Part shown: positions 25,719-38,836 of the stretch, in pieces
How positions within the stretch are numbered: the stretch's first letter is position 1
Layout: each line of letters starts with the position of its first letter
Origin: Psilocybe cubensis
Taxonomy: Eukaryota
Assembly: GCA_017499595.2 (NCBI GenBank)
Contig: CM039010.1
Span: forward strand, 496,001-560,000
Direction: 5' to 3'
Length of the DNA: 64,000 nucleotides
Notes under the pieces: model-generated
The model's database searches: none
Told to the model about the DNA's origin: nothing
Seen by the model: only the letters and a program-made list of their open reading frames with translations
Translations under genes and position numbers: made by a program

Positions 25719-27820
25719 TTAAGACATGTCGTAGATATGAGTTGATGTTTCCTTCTTTGAACCCCATGTCCTATTCCCGAACTTGACTAAATTTACCCGA
25801 CGCTCTGTTTTTGTTTTACGAGGGCCAGTAGTCAAGCGCGAAGAAGAGGTAGGTCCAGGAAGATTAACTGGCTCCTCAGTAGAGGGTGATATTGAAATAC
25901 TTATCGTCATATTATGCATCGTATAGTCGTCCAGTACAAGTGGAATACTGTCAACATCCACTTTGCCAGAAGGCAAAGAAGACATAATGGTCTCGTTCTC
26001 GTTTTCGTTGGATACATCTGCTGCGCTGCTGTGGCTGGCATGAGGGAATACAGTGAATGGATGGATGGTGGTATATCCGATGAACGAGGGCCATCCCATG
26101 TCAATGCATTTCCGGTCGAACACTCTGACAACTATTGTCGAGAGATCAGTGACCTCGATGTCAAAACTTTCATTCCAGACAGGGCAGTTGTTATCAGGCG
26201 CCTCAAAGGTGGTGTACACATCCCGTTCGTCAATGGTGATAACGGCAAATGCAGAGGGTGCTCGAGCTTTCGCAACTTGACCCTCTGTCATCTCGTCGAC
26301 TGTCGTTGGGGGCCAGAAGTCCAATTCACACATAGGGCGCGTGAGATTCTGTGCTGCGCGAATGGAAAACCGAATTTTACGGGATTTACTTGCTGGACCC
26401 GAAGATTGGCGTGATATGAAAGACTCCCAGAGTGAGAACAGAGGGGAGATCGTCAGCACCAGTGGGAGGATCTGAGATAATGAAATAATTTTGTTTGTTG
26501 GTGTTAATGGGTACAAGAAAGAGACACAAATACCTGCCCAAATCCCCATTCATTATTGATTTCCCCTTGATTATTTAGGGAGAGTTGTAGCTCGGTCATG
26601 ACAATAGCCCATACAGCAAGCTGTAACGCTAGTTCAGAGACGTTGACTAAAATATTTCCGAAAATACGTACCATGCTGATGATGATATTTTGCCCATATC
26701 GCTTATACAGGGCGCCTGTCCCAAAAGGTGCCCAATTCAGAATCTGACTTGTAAGGCTCTGTATCAGCTCATGGAATATTTGTCTGGGTCGCCATCGTCG
26801 AACTCTGAAATGAAAAGATTAAATCCGTCATTGGTTCACTAAGATAAAATGCAAACACACCTAAGGGTCTCCTGCCCTGTACCATAGTCTTTCGTCCATA
26901 CAGTCTGTTCATGTATCTCGTTCTTTGGTGGGTAGCGGGGCTTTAGTAACCTCTGAGTTGCTGTCTTCGAAAACAGCGCGTTCAGCGACACGAACAGGGT
27001 TTTGGCGCTCTTTCCGCTTCTCCACACGAATCTTGTCGTCATCAAGCTCCAAACGGCGATGTTCAGCCAACGTCCGCTTCGCAAGGCTGGAAGACTGGCA
27101 CCAAAGAAAATGAAGAACGTGGCCTCGTTGCATGCCCGTGGCCCCTGACCGAATTCGGGTGCCGAGATCCAGACATACAGAGCGAACGAGTAGGTGAACG
27201 CGGATCGCATCCAGTTAGCGACAGTGAGGAGGGGGGAATGCACGGAGCGCGTGGACTTTTTCGAGGATTGTGGGGACATAATCTCGGTGAGGCCAAATGC
27301 AGAGGCCAGGATAGGCAGAAGTAGGACTAGTGGGCAGTGTGTCACTGCCAGTTGGTTACACTGTTGATATGAAATTGGCGCACCATAAACGACGACGATG
27401 GCGTCCAGCAAGGATATTTCTTTCGCGGCTGCTGTCACTATGCTTGATATAATCAAAGAGAATGCGGTCGATGTCATAGACCAGTATGCTCCTGGTGCAT
27501 CTTTCGGGGAGTAGCGAACAAGAAGGACTGTTGAGGTTAATAAATCGACATTGGCGCGGTTCGATCGCAAAGATTCAGGCGTTTATGCCTACCAGAGAGA
27601 AGTGACTGTAAATACAACGCAATTCTTACTCCAGGCCCTAGTTCACAGAAGGAGCGTTAGCACTTGCTGCTGATCTTGACTAAAAACAAAATACGGACCA
27701 GAAATATCTGGATTGCTTATTTCGAGCGATTGTCATGAGTATGCCAAGTTGACAAAAACCAGAGTTCTGTGAATCTCACCTAGATAGTCCAGGACATAAA
27801 TCATCTGCACTGCTAGACAT
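25719..27820 (-). CDS. Putative 7-TM membrane protein fused to a C-terminal C2 domain
   Basis: Spliced MSSSADDLCPGLSSNPDISGPGVRIALYLQ... with about 7 hydrophobic helices ending WGFGQ|ILPLVL; the same final exon continues into a C2-like region KIRFSIRAAQNL...PSAFAVITID...PVWNESFDIEV...IVVRVFD...FIG. Confidence 0.8.
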
Positions 27821-28432
27821 GGATGGTTTTGGATGAGTGTATAGACTAAGGGTAAAGGACCCATCATGAATGTCGGTGACTCGGTCCTCGACAAAGGTCG
27901 ATAAAGATCAACAGGTGGCGATGACCATTCCAATAACACTATCAGGCACAGATAGCCACATGTCAATTTCCCATATGTAGGGATTTGTGATTCCGAATTC
28001 ATTTCCGAATTTCGGAATTACTGTGAAATTATGCTGTGCTGGGCAATAATTCATTGAATTTCACTCCTTTCCAGCTTTGGCGGAGACAGGACACATTTCG
28101 GTTCAACATTTTTTATTGGTACGAAACGATAATTGCTACAGTGGGTTGTGTGATTACATACGAGCAGGGGATGGTCTACAATAGAGGTGTCGCGGATGCA
28201 TGGTGTAATGGAGACAATTGTGGATGGGTAGTCAAGAAAATCCGTAAACGATACAGTGGTTGCGTGAGGGTATATCTAGTCAGGGTCCAGGTGCTATTGA
28301 TACAGTGGGTTGAGTGCGACCAGATGCGCAGTAAAAATGATTAATCGTGTGTCGACCATTGAGTTGTAGGGGGTCGAGGGTGTAGAATTTTGTGTCGGAT
28401 AACAAATATTTGCAGAACGAAGTAGGGTGCAA

Positions 28433-29341
28433 TTAATGACTGGAGGCAGCAATGTTGAGGGCGCCAAGGATGAGTTCCCAGGCGAGATCAATCGTGTCCC
28501 AAAGCTCAGGATCGTGGAGCCCGAGGGCAACCATGTCCTGCCACAACTCCTTGACGTGTGCCGCATGTGTGGTCAGCACTTGAAGGCTTCCACCGGCAGA
28601 TGAGCACAAATAATTGGACAGCTGGTGTAGTGTATTCGCTGATGCCAACGTTGACTTGACCGTGTGGTGCGAGAGACCTTGCACGAAGCCAGATGGGAGA
28701 GGGAATAGCGATTTGAGAACCGCGTCGAGACTGTGGGTGTAAAGATATGTGTGCAGCACCTTGAACGCCGCTGGAGAGGGAAGTACGAGCGGAAGAACAG
28801 GAAGTTGGAGCATCCCGGTGGGTGTGGATGAGGACACGGGTAGTCGGGGAAGTGTAGAGCAATTCGCAGCAATGATAACATTGTGAACTGGAAACATAAA
28901 TACGTGCTCATTTGGAGACGATTTCGATGAGGAAACGGCGAGTACATGGGTCGGGTATGTAGAAGAGGACGACCGGATGGGGATGGAGATGACCTGTGGC
29001 ACCTGCGATTTTTGCATAGTGTTGGGCAAATGAGATGGGGGTAAAGCAGAGATCCCTGCAAGCATTCTACATTCCGTTAGATTATGACTCCCTTTTCGAA
29101 TTCTATGGACAACGTACTGGAATGCCTTTGGTCTAAGTCCTCTCCGGATGTACTCAGGTGGAACATTGGCAAGCTCTGGTGCTACAGCCATGATCGCGTC
29201 GCGCGACACCTCAGCAAAGGGTGGGCGAGCCAGAGTACGGGGTAACTGAATACCGGGAATTGGTGACATGCTGTGCATGACCTGATGGTGGCCATGACCG
29301 TGCATGGCGAACGAAGTAGGATGAGTGGCGACTTGGAACAT
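28433..29341 (-). CDS. Clampless1 (Clp1)-like protein
   Basis: LPRTLARP...APELANVPPEYIR, FPVHNVIIAANCSTLPRLP, LPVLPLVLPSPAAFKVLHTYLYT and LWQDMVALG...LWDTIDLAW match my recollection of the basidiomycete Clp1-like family; one probable in-frame intron near 29070-29117. Confidence 0.75.
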   Translation of the reverse strand: MFQVATHPTSFAMHGHGHHQVMHSMSPIPGIQLPRTLARPPFAEVSRDAIMAVAPELANVPPEYIRRGLRPKAFQYVVHRIRKGSHNLTECRMLAGISALPPSHLPNTMQKSQVPQVISIPIRSSSSTYPTHVLAVSSSKSSPNEHVFMFPVHNVIIAANCSTLPRLPVSSSTPTGMLQLPVLPLVLPSPAAFKVLHTYLYTHSLDAVLKSLFPLPSGFVQGLSHHTVKSTLASANTLHQLSNYLCSSAGGSLQVLTTHAAHVKELWQDMVALGLHDPELWDTIDLAWELILGALNIAASSH

Positions 29342-32300
29342 GTCTGCGTCTTTTGAGATGTGATATGAGGTGAAGTTGATTGAGAATGTCCAGAGGTTAT
29401 ATACTTACTTTTATGCAGAATACGTCTATAAAGATCGTAGATTTCGCGTAGACCTTTTTGGGACATTCGTTTGTCGGGGAGCCTGATTTGGGCCGCCCCT
29501 TTATTTTTGGACTCTCTTGTTCGATATTTGATAGAATTCCCGCCCCAGAATATCTCCCAAGAGAACATGGGTTTGTCCCCATCGTTACCGACCTTGTACT
29601 GCAAAAGTTCTCCATGTCGTCCTCGCTGAGGTACAATATAGCTTAGTATGACCCCAAATCTAAGATGTACAGCTCCCAGATTCGTGTGTAAGTCCGAGTC
29701 ATTTCTGTTAAAAGTAGCCTGCAATATTAGCGGGGGAATCCCTGGAGAAGAGTCAGAAGACGGACTGATCATTTGCTCATCATGGTTTAGGTACAAAGTG
29801 TCGGGTCGCACTTGCCTTTTGGAGAATCAAGGCACTCAAAAATCATGCTTACAAAAATTGAAATTGTCTCCCAATTTAGCTTTCGCTTTGTTCTTCACAG
29901 AGATGTTGCCTTGAACTGACCATAAACTAACAAATCGACTAGATAGGAATACCTAAAAGATTCCTTTTGAATTACAACTCACGGGATAACGCTTGGTCTT
30001 GAACTCCCACCATCGTTAAGGTCGCTTTGTACTCAGAAAGTACTCTACGCGTCATTTTACTGCTCCAGAACAGCTTCACGTATTGCTTGGGCGCCAATCA
30101 TCATACGCAGCATGGTCTTATCGCTGGGAAGCTCTCAGAAAACGTCAGAAATTGTTTAGAGGCTATTCTTTGCCGCCGCTGGCCAGTCTGGAAATCCACT
30201 TCGTTCTTCTGACTCAACGGAATGGAAGTACAACTCCCCCTATTCCAGCTCCCTGCCTCAACATCATCTATTTCTCTTGAGCCTTACGCCATTGACGCTG
30301 CATTCTTAGGCCTTTTTGTTGGCAAAAGCGAATCCAACTATTGTATGACAGAGTTGATACTACAGCTGTGGGCTCTGCATTTCATATCCGGAAGACTGAA
30401 TCCCCGCGCCATCATCCTCATGGTATAAGCCTACATCCTCAGCTAGCCTCTCAGAATCGGATATCACATCGTACTGGCCCACCTCTTCTCTGTTGTTGAC
30501 TGAGAATGCCTCGTGCACTCCCTATCCCCACCGGTGCTGTTGATTTTAGAAATTGACCTAACAGTCTATCATATTCCGGTATCCAATGGTACATTTTAAC
30601 GGAGCGGCCGTTTTCAACATAATAACATGTTTCCCGACAGCTAACCATTCCCCCAGAGGTTCTTGAGTCGTGACTCACCACGGTAGGAACGGCGGCTTAC
30701 GGCAGTGTATATGAGCTCCTGTGACTCACAACAACCCATGTTCGGTCGCTCGTCGGTGAAGTGCGGCAATGCCACGACTGCAACATTGATTAAAGCATGG
30801 AGAAGTGGAATTAATCATAGAAGGGCGAGAGGAGATATAGTTACAGCCTTCACTGACCATGAGGAGAGAGAAGGTCTATATATTTCAGGAGCGGCGCTGT
30901 CTCCTGACTAACTCTTCATTTCCTCATAGGGGAGAGCAGGCTGCTGAATCCCTTATCGATGAAGAACTAAATCTCCGTGATTATTTAGAGACTTGTGAGC
31001 TGACCACGTACATGATGATCAAGAGGAAACGAACGGTTGCTAAAATTGCATCTTACCTTTCCCAATGGTGCCGTCGGACGCGGTAGAGACCCGAGCAGGA
31101 AAGGGGGCAGTTTCGAAATGAATGGACGAAGCTATCGGTCCACAAGCAGGGAGCAGAGTAGACAAACAGCTCCGGGAATCTGTTGCATTGGTATAGTCAT
31201 ACAGCTCGTATTCGCGTCATGACGATGAGAATCAAATCACCCTCACAAACGTACTCCAGCACACGCGGCACTGTAACGTTTTTTTAGCCACCTTGGGGTT
31301 CTCACATTAATCATCTTATCAGCAGTATCACGCCCCTGATACGTTTCGAGAATAAAACATGTGTAAGTTCTAAAGGAAATCCACGGTATTGCTCTAGAAG
31401 AATCTGTCGCGCCACCGCCCCAATAAATTAGCGCCCAACCCCTTGAGTCAGTTTGCTTGTGCATTTTACGACCTCATCTCTAGAATATTAATAATTTGGT
31501 CTACTTATCCTGTGATTTGAGATGCACACCTTACATATCAGAATCTTTTATGATGGGAAAACGTTTTAGAACTTTATTGAACGCTTCAATGTCATCCACA
31601 GTCGCTTGTGGCATGCTGGTCCGATGAGGTATTATGGCACTATAAAATGTAATGTGTCATTGCTTCGAGTAAAATGTCTTAATCAACACTTAGACCAGTC
31701 TTTAGGCCAATAAACACATACATTTGTGGTTTGTACACAACCATTTATTTGGAACACCTTTAAAGATAGATTAGAATGAATGAGTCGGCACCCAAAGGAA
31801 AATGACAAATGTGTGTGTCCCTGACAGGCCTCCGACATACAAGGATCCGAAAGTATGCATTTTCTCTTCACTCTCTCTGAGATTTTTGCTCCTGTGTTCA
31901 CTATTATCCGTTAGCTTTGCTATCTGCTGGGTCGCTTCCAATATGAGGGGTCGCATCCAAGGACCAAGCCCCACTCCGCCGGGAGAAAGACCTACTATAT
32001 AGTTAAACGCGAGATCTATGCCTTTTCGTACATTCTAGTGCTCAAACTATACACAATTTCTGTCCCATAGAAAGTATATATAGCCCATAGTAGTATTAGA
32101 GTTGTAACCCGTTTTGAAAAACGGGGAAGGATCCAAAAAGTAGACGATGCTCCTGGGTTAACTCCGAGTGAACTTTGAATCTCCGACACCGCGATCAGGT
32201 GATTATACTGGATTGAGGTGCCCCTATTATAAGCAAACTTTGAAAAGTATCTTCCATGTCGTCCATATGAAAGTAGGAGCTGTTGCAATTGTCTGTAGAG

Positions 32301-32487
32301 GGTATACCGGCTGCTGGTGAGCCGAGCGGTAAACAATTTTTCCGTAGTTGAATTTGCAAGTTTAAGGATCACGTGTTGAATTACGCAGAGGGCCCGAAAC
32401 TTGCCCGAAACCGACAACAAGAGTGGGAATGGTCGTGAACCACATTTTCTTCTGTAACATCGATGAGAAAGATAGGCTGTCAACACT

Positions 32488-35400
32488 ATGACCATCATAC
32501 AACAATTACAGATTCTACTGCGCTCTACTGATGAAGTCAAAGCCATTCTAGACGTCTCACTCATTACCGACTCTGAATCTGCTCAAGATGCGCAGAGCAA
32601 GCGAGTTCTGGCGGTTATTTCACACAAGGACGACTGGAATTTGTCAGAGGAAGGATGGTATGTTGCAGATACATTTTTTTCTTCTGTGGTAACTGAGGTC
32701 AGTAGCCTATTCATATGCAAGTATAGAGCAAACACAATCAACCCAGAGGAACTGGAAATACAAAGAATATTCCCAATCTATGGCGAATTCTCCATTGTGA
32801 TCAGCCAGATGCGTCGTGGAGCAAATGACAACGTATCACAACCCTTTACGACTGCATGGACCAAGTCGGTACTCGAGCAACCACGCGCTGGTAAGGAAAC
32901 AACATTGTCTTCTACCGAGACTCATCGTTTATCTAGTCATTACGCTCAGCATTACACCGGCAGAAGGACTGCCTAGTGATGCTCATCCAGCGACATTCTC
33001 TACCCACGATGTACAGGGGTTGAAGAACCTGGTGGGAGTGTGTAAAAAGCTAAAAGAAGTATCAGGTATGTTCGTGTATTGTAAATGATGTCTGATGGAC
33101 CGTAATGGAGCAATAGATGTCGATCCCGATGCTATCATCAATATCGCATCTTCCACCACGCATTTCAGCTGGCTGAGACCTTATTTTACGAAGCGTACCA
33201 CCATCACCTCTCGTAAGTGTTATGTATTGATCTATCTAATGCATATATTTATATTGCCAGTTGCAACCACTCCGCAGGATCTCCGCCAAAGTATTCGTCC
33301 GTTAATCGACCGTCTATCCCCTGCTTGCGCAGGCCTGATGGGGGATGACCATTCAGATGCACAGGCAATCAGAGATGAATGGATTCTTGCTAAAACCCGT
33401 TCAGATGCCCGCAGACAGCATGGAGGTAGAGAATTATTGTAAGTTACTAAACACCTTCGCACACGTAGCTCAAACCGTTTTTTTCTTGCAAGTACAGCAT
33501 ACGGATAGGGACATTCAATGTGAATGGAAAGTTTCCATCACAGGATTTGTCTGCATGGATTCAGGGAGACCGCATATCGACCGTTTCGCTTCCTCCTCTC
33601 AAGGCAGTCTCTCCGTTTTCACTTGGGGGAGATTCATTTGACTGGACTACCGGCTCTGTTCAACCTTCGGAGGAGTCCATTCCCGCGTCACTCCCCGTAG
33701 ACCCATCCGATCCCGATCCTGACATGTTCGTGCTTGGTTTTCAGGAATTGGATTTATCTACCGAGGCGTTGATCTATTCAACGGGAACAGTTAGAGAGGA
33801 TGCGTGGTGTAATGCGGTGTTTGCAGCCCTTGGCGAGAAAGGGCAGAAATATGAAAAGGTGGGTTCCGATGACATGATATTAGACACGAACTTACGTGCC
33901 CCCGTAGCTTGTATCAAAACAACTTGTAGGGATGCTCATCGTGGTAATTGTTAAGAAGGTGTTAGTCCCGTGCTTTGGGGATGTCAAGACTTGCGCATCG
34001 GGAGCCGGGATCCTGGGCATAATGGTATGTCATTTTGAGATTTTTGATCATCCTAATTGATTATGACTAAATAAACAGGGAAACAAAGGAGGTACAGCGG
34101 TCCGCCTCACCTTTACCCCTCCTATGTCGGTCGCCAGCAAAGAAACAGAGTCGATTGCTTCAGAGCGCACAGTATCTGTCACATTGGGATCAGCCCACTC
34201 AGTCCCCTCCCCCGGACCGACAACTTTTACTTTCGTCAACGCACATCTAGCTGCTTTTGATGAGATGGTTGATAAACGAAATCTGGACTTTATGGATCTA
34301 TCCCGGAAGCTTTCGTTTGAGGCTGATGCTGCTACAATAGAAGACGGAGGGAATAATGCCGATGACCCTCTGTATTCTGGAATAGATCCCAATTCAGGAG
34401 AGGGTGGCACAGGGAAGGCAACTTTCAGTATATATGATTCAGACGTTCTATTTTGGCTTGTGAGTCTTCTATCCTGACTATGGACACAGTTTGCAACTAG
34501 GAAAAGGTGATCTAACAGTGCTTTGAACATTTAGGGAGGCAGGTCAACATATAGACCCAATAAATCTTGACCTCATCTGTATATATTACAGATCTGAATT
34601 ATAGAGTGGACCTACCTGATACCCAGATGAGAAACGTTCTGAAAGACGAAGAGTGGAACGGAAAGGAAAAATTCGAGGCATTGCTAAGATTTGACCAGGT
34701 GGGCTTTATTGACAGCGTTCTGGTTTAATTTGATTGTACGCTGACACCGTCCCCACTTCCGACTGTATAGCTCAAAAAATCAATGCAGGATAAGAAAGCA
34801 TTTGAAGGTTTCATCGAAGGAACAATTGAGCATATGCCGTGCGCTACTTTTTGAATATGATTGACGACTTTTCCGACCCTCACATGTTGTCTTTGATATC
34901 GCGTAGTACATACCGATTCAGTCCAGGGCTAATGATGGACAAACTCGGTTACGACTTAAAGTGGGTGTATCACCTCACTGCAATGCATCTCAATATGTTT
35001 TCTGATCAAAATCTGCCTTCATGACCACGATAGGCGAAAACCTGCGTGGACGGATCGTATCTTGTATATGAATAGCTCCACGTCTCGCGTGCGTCAGCTC
35101 TCGTACAGGGCGCACCCAGAGATTGTGATGAGCGATCATAGACCTGTATCAGCCAACTTCGTCGTGGACGTGAGTGCTTTATCGTCGACTGCTTGATTCG
35201 GGAGAATGAGGAACTTGAACTGACAATAATTGCGGCTTCCCAGATGGACTATTACGACAAGAACGAACTACGTTCGAGCGCGAGTGATTTATTTGACCAG
35301 GTGCATGATTTGGATGGGGAAAGTTCCCTTCACAAAGGGGGGCTTAGGGTGGACAACATGTATATCGATTTCGAGAAGATTGGGTAAGAATGTCCTTTTG

Positions 35401-36855
35401 TTTGAACTATAGTAGTGGCAAACATATAGAATAACCTCACTACGTTTATATGTACAGATATGATACAAAGGTTCAAAGAATGGTTACCGTGCGCAACACC
35501 AGCAAGGTTGGTCTTTTATATGGTTCTTTGGAATTTGCTACTTAACTTCAAGGTCCACTTTCACAGTACGCCTGTGCTTTCAGATTTGTTCCCATTCAAC
35601 TGGATGCTCCCATTCGTAGGTCGATGATTTCTCCAATGCGGCTGTACTGATAAAAATTGAAGATCCTGAATGGTTACATATCCACCCAATGCTTGTGAGA
35701 ATATTCTATCTACCTGAGTATCCTTGTCATTGATTTGTTCAGGGAGTCCTTCTTCCGAACGAAGCCACAGAAATAACATTGACAGCACACGTAGACAATG
35801 GCACTGCAGCAAAGCTCAACCAGAAAGCTTCAGATCTAAGTTCAACATTGATTCTACACACTGTACTTGGTAAAGACCATTTCATCTCCATCTCTGCGGA
35901 ATATCGTAAGTCATAAATAACGGCTCGTTTCTTGAATTTCGTTTCTTAATCAGGCTTTAAGAATACACATGCTTCGCCAATTCGTTGTCGAGGCTCACTA
36001 GGCTTAAGGCTCCGATACGATCCATGAACTCCCCGCACGATTTACTGCCAGAGAAAAATTCTATCAATGCTCCCCGCGAAGTCATGAGGCTGGTGAATTG
36101 GATGATGACAAGCACACCATCTTCGGTATGGCTAGTTTCTGCCTCATGAGTCAGTTGTGTATTGAAGCCGCTACAAAAGGATATGTTCCTTCAACCAGGT
36201 GACCCAATTTTAGTGAAAAATATACGAGAGGTACGAACGGCGGGGAAACTCCTAGACGCAACCTTTCACGGAGATGTGGCGCACAACTGAACTTTGATTT
36301 CCAGTGTCTTGATACAGGAGATGAATTTCCGTATGCTCCCGATACTTCCGACACAAAGGTGTCAATGGCATTCGCAACAACCCTTCTTCTGTTATTGGAT
36401 TCCCTTTCCGAGTCCGTGGTACCTGCCTCTTTACATCAGCGATGTCTAGAGATGAATGATCGAGATGAGGCCTTTGAGGTAGGCATTTTATGACCATTAG
36501 CTTCGATTTATTTCTTGACATTAGCATAAAGTTGCTTGACGCACTCCCGCCTGCATCCGTTAACGTTGGTCGATCTAGTCTGTCATACAGCGTAATGAAT
36601 TGACTATCTCTCCTAGGTGTGGATATCGGTTACCGCGTTTCTTCATTTTATTTGCCAGATATTATCCAAGAACACAAATTACACCGAGGATCTTGGTCAG
36701 TATGATTGGAAATCTTTTTCTTTTGAGACCTTTGGCTCACCAACTTTGCAGCGACGATATTTGCTCCCGTCCTTTTGCGCGATGACCCAACATCGACGGC
36801 TTTGTCAATATCACCGAATGGGAAACGTAGATTCCTGCTGTATTTCATTTCATAG
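32488..36855 (+). CDS. OCRL/INPP5B-like inositol polyphosphate 5-phosphatase (5-phosphatase, ASH and RhoGAP-like domains)
   Basis: IGTFNVNG, DMFVLGFQE, GNKGG, FVNAHLAA, FWLGDLNYR, PAWTDRIL, SDHRPV; C-terminal KDHFISIS, APREVMRL and IFAPVLLR. Confidence 0.93.
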
Positions 36856-37144
36856 TACAACTTGGTGTACTAGCGGTGAGTTGAAGTAATGGTCATCATG
36901 ACCTTACATTGCATTTTTTTACTTGCTGAGGCATCTGTTTCGAAAATATCAACCTCACTTTCACTCGCATTTCCCCCGTTCTTTCCAGCTTCAAACACCC
37001 TTTGCTGCAGTCAAACTGTTTGCATTGCTATATGGCACAATTCCTTCAAGGTTATCTGCAAAGAACCTCTGCTTGCCAACTGCTTGCTATAAGCTATTTG
37101 GTAGTATTTTTTGCGTTTTGGACTTGCTTTCCAATTACTTCTCA

Positions 37145-38836
37145 TCAGTCATCCACCTTCACGTAACCATCGGCACCAGTGTCGAGATTCAGTCCATGGA
37201 TGTAAGTTGAGTTACCTACGACAACCATGAAGGAGTGCTCTTCAGAGCTACGATTGCTTCGAAACGTGGATATGGCACGATCTGCGCATGTCGTGTCGAT
37301 AGTTGGGCAGTCCTTTTTTGGATGGAAAAAGGGGTGATTAGCTTGCATTGTGCCGGCATGTGGAACGCCATGCCATTTCCCATCCACTGTCAATTGAATG
37401 AGAGACGGAAATGTGGTTTCACAATAATATAATAGAAAACTCTGGGAACGTAAACATATCACCTTCTTTATTCGCAAAAAATGACTCACAATATCTTCTT
37501 CAGAAGCGTTGTAAACGCTTAATTCTAGGTCTTGCAGTTTGGATAGAGAGCTCAAGTGTAGTCTGAATTGTTCAGTGAATGGCCAGGCCCAATTCTCCCA
37601 TGTGTAATGAGCTCTTATACCAAGTTTGACAAGAGCGCGGGCATGCCTGACTGACAGGATACGTAGCAAGTCAACCGGACTACACAAACCATTGGATACA
37701 GTGTGATAGTGAGGACTGATTGCTCTGAGCTCCACAGTGAGATCTTGCAAGTTGTCGTAAGACGCGATATATGACGTGAACCGGGAGTCGATTTGAGTAT
37801 CGGTATATATGCGTAGGAGTTGTAGCCCTTCTTTTTGAAATATGGTCCACGGTACTACCTGTGCAGACGCATCATGATTGCGAAACCTATGCCACTGGTA
37901 AGAATTGTAATGTAGACAAAGCGATTTGAGATTTTTGAAGCGAGATAGTACTTTGAGGGTGTCAGCAGGAATTTCTTCGAAGCGATAGAGACCAGCAAGC
38001 CCGAAATGCTCGATAGATGTAGGCAATGCGTGTATGAGGGCCGATGCATTATCACTAGAATTGATAATTCCGTTGAGGTCTATACGAGATAACCCAGGGC
38101 ATCGGGATAGAAGATCTTGGATGATGTTTGGGAATTCCCTCGCTCGACGCCTCACATCAGTATGGTGATCGGGGACGTGGAATTTTGCGAGCCACTCTAC
38201 GCAAAGCCTGGATAATCGATGATTAGCTATTGGGTTGGTCAAGGCAAAGTTTAGAACATCTTACTCTTTGATGGACATTTTCTCTAAAGCGTCGACAATC
38301 GCTTCGTGGATCCAGCCATGTTCATACTTCCCGGGATACCATCTACCATATAAACGTCAGACACTTTTCCATTGAACGAAGGAAAACCATGTCATTTACA
38401 TGACCTTCTTCGCATATATGAACGATTGTATGGCCGACTTGAGGTTCTTCTGCATGCATTTTTCCAGTCGTGTAAGGACAACAGTTCTATCATCGAAAGA
38501 GCCAGAATAATCTATCACGATTGTACGGGCCAATTTACTTGCGACACAGTTGCCTGTGGCCAGTGCATTGAGCTGAGCTATTCTCTTTGTCTGTGACGGA
38601 ATTATCGATGTCCCAAGATGTATATTTTGAAGCAACAAGGGTTGTGATACGGCACACAGTGTTCTCGATACCAGGCATATGTTTCTGAGTGTAGGTTCTC
38701 CGGGAGTAAGTGCAGCCTATGAGAAGACTAATGCGTCATTTCGGTTGGAAACAACGAGGCGTTGAAATACCCAGTTGACAATCTCACTCAGAAGCTCTGT
38801 TGGAATATGTAAGTCTCTCCTGGTCCCGATATTCAT
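37145..38836 (-). CDS. F-box domain protein, paralog of 19997-21680
   Basis: HIPTELLSEIVNW|...TLRNICLVSRTLCAVSQPLLLQNI; shares downstream motifs and intron positions with the 20-21.7 kb gene. Confidence 0.85.

Noticed and set aside
29182-29811. 209-aa minus-strand ORF
   Set aside because: Runs through the Clp1-like promoter and start in another frame, has a GTG start and no motifs.
30859-31222. Protein-like fragment GEQAAESLIDEELNLRDYLET
   Set aside because: Cannot be extended into a spliced gene or assigned to a family.
32016-32564. 182-aa minus-strand ORF
   Set aside because: Antisense to the OCRL-like start and promoter, with no motifs.
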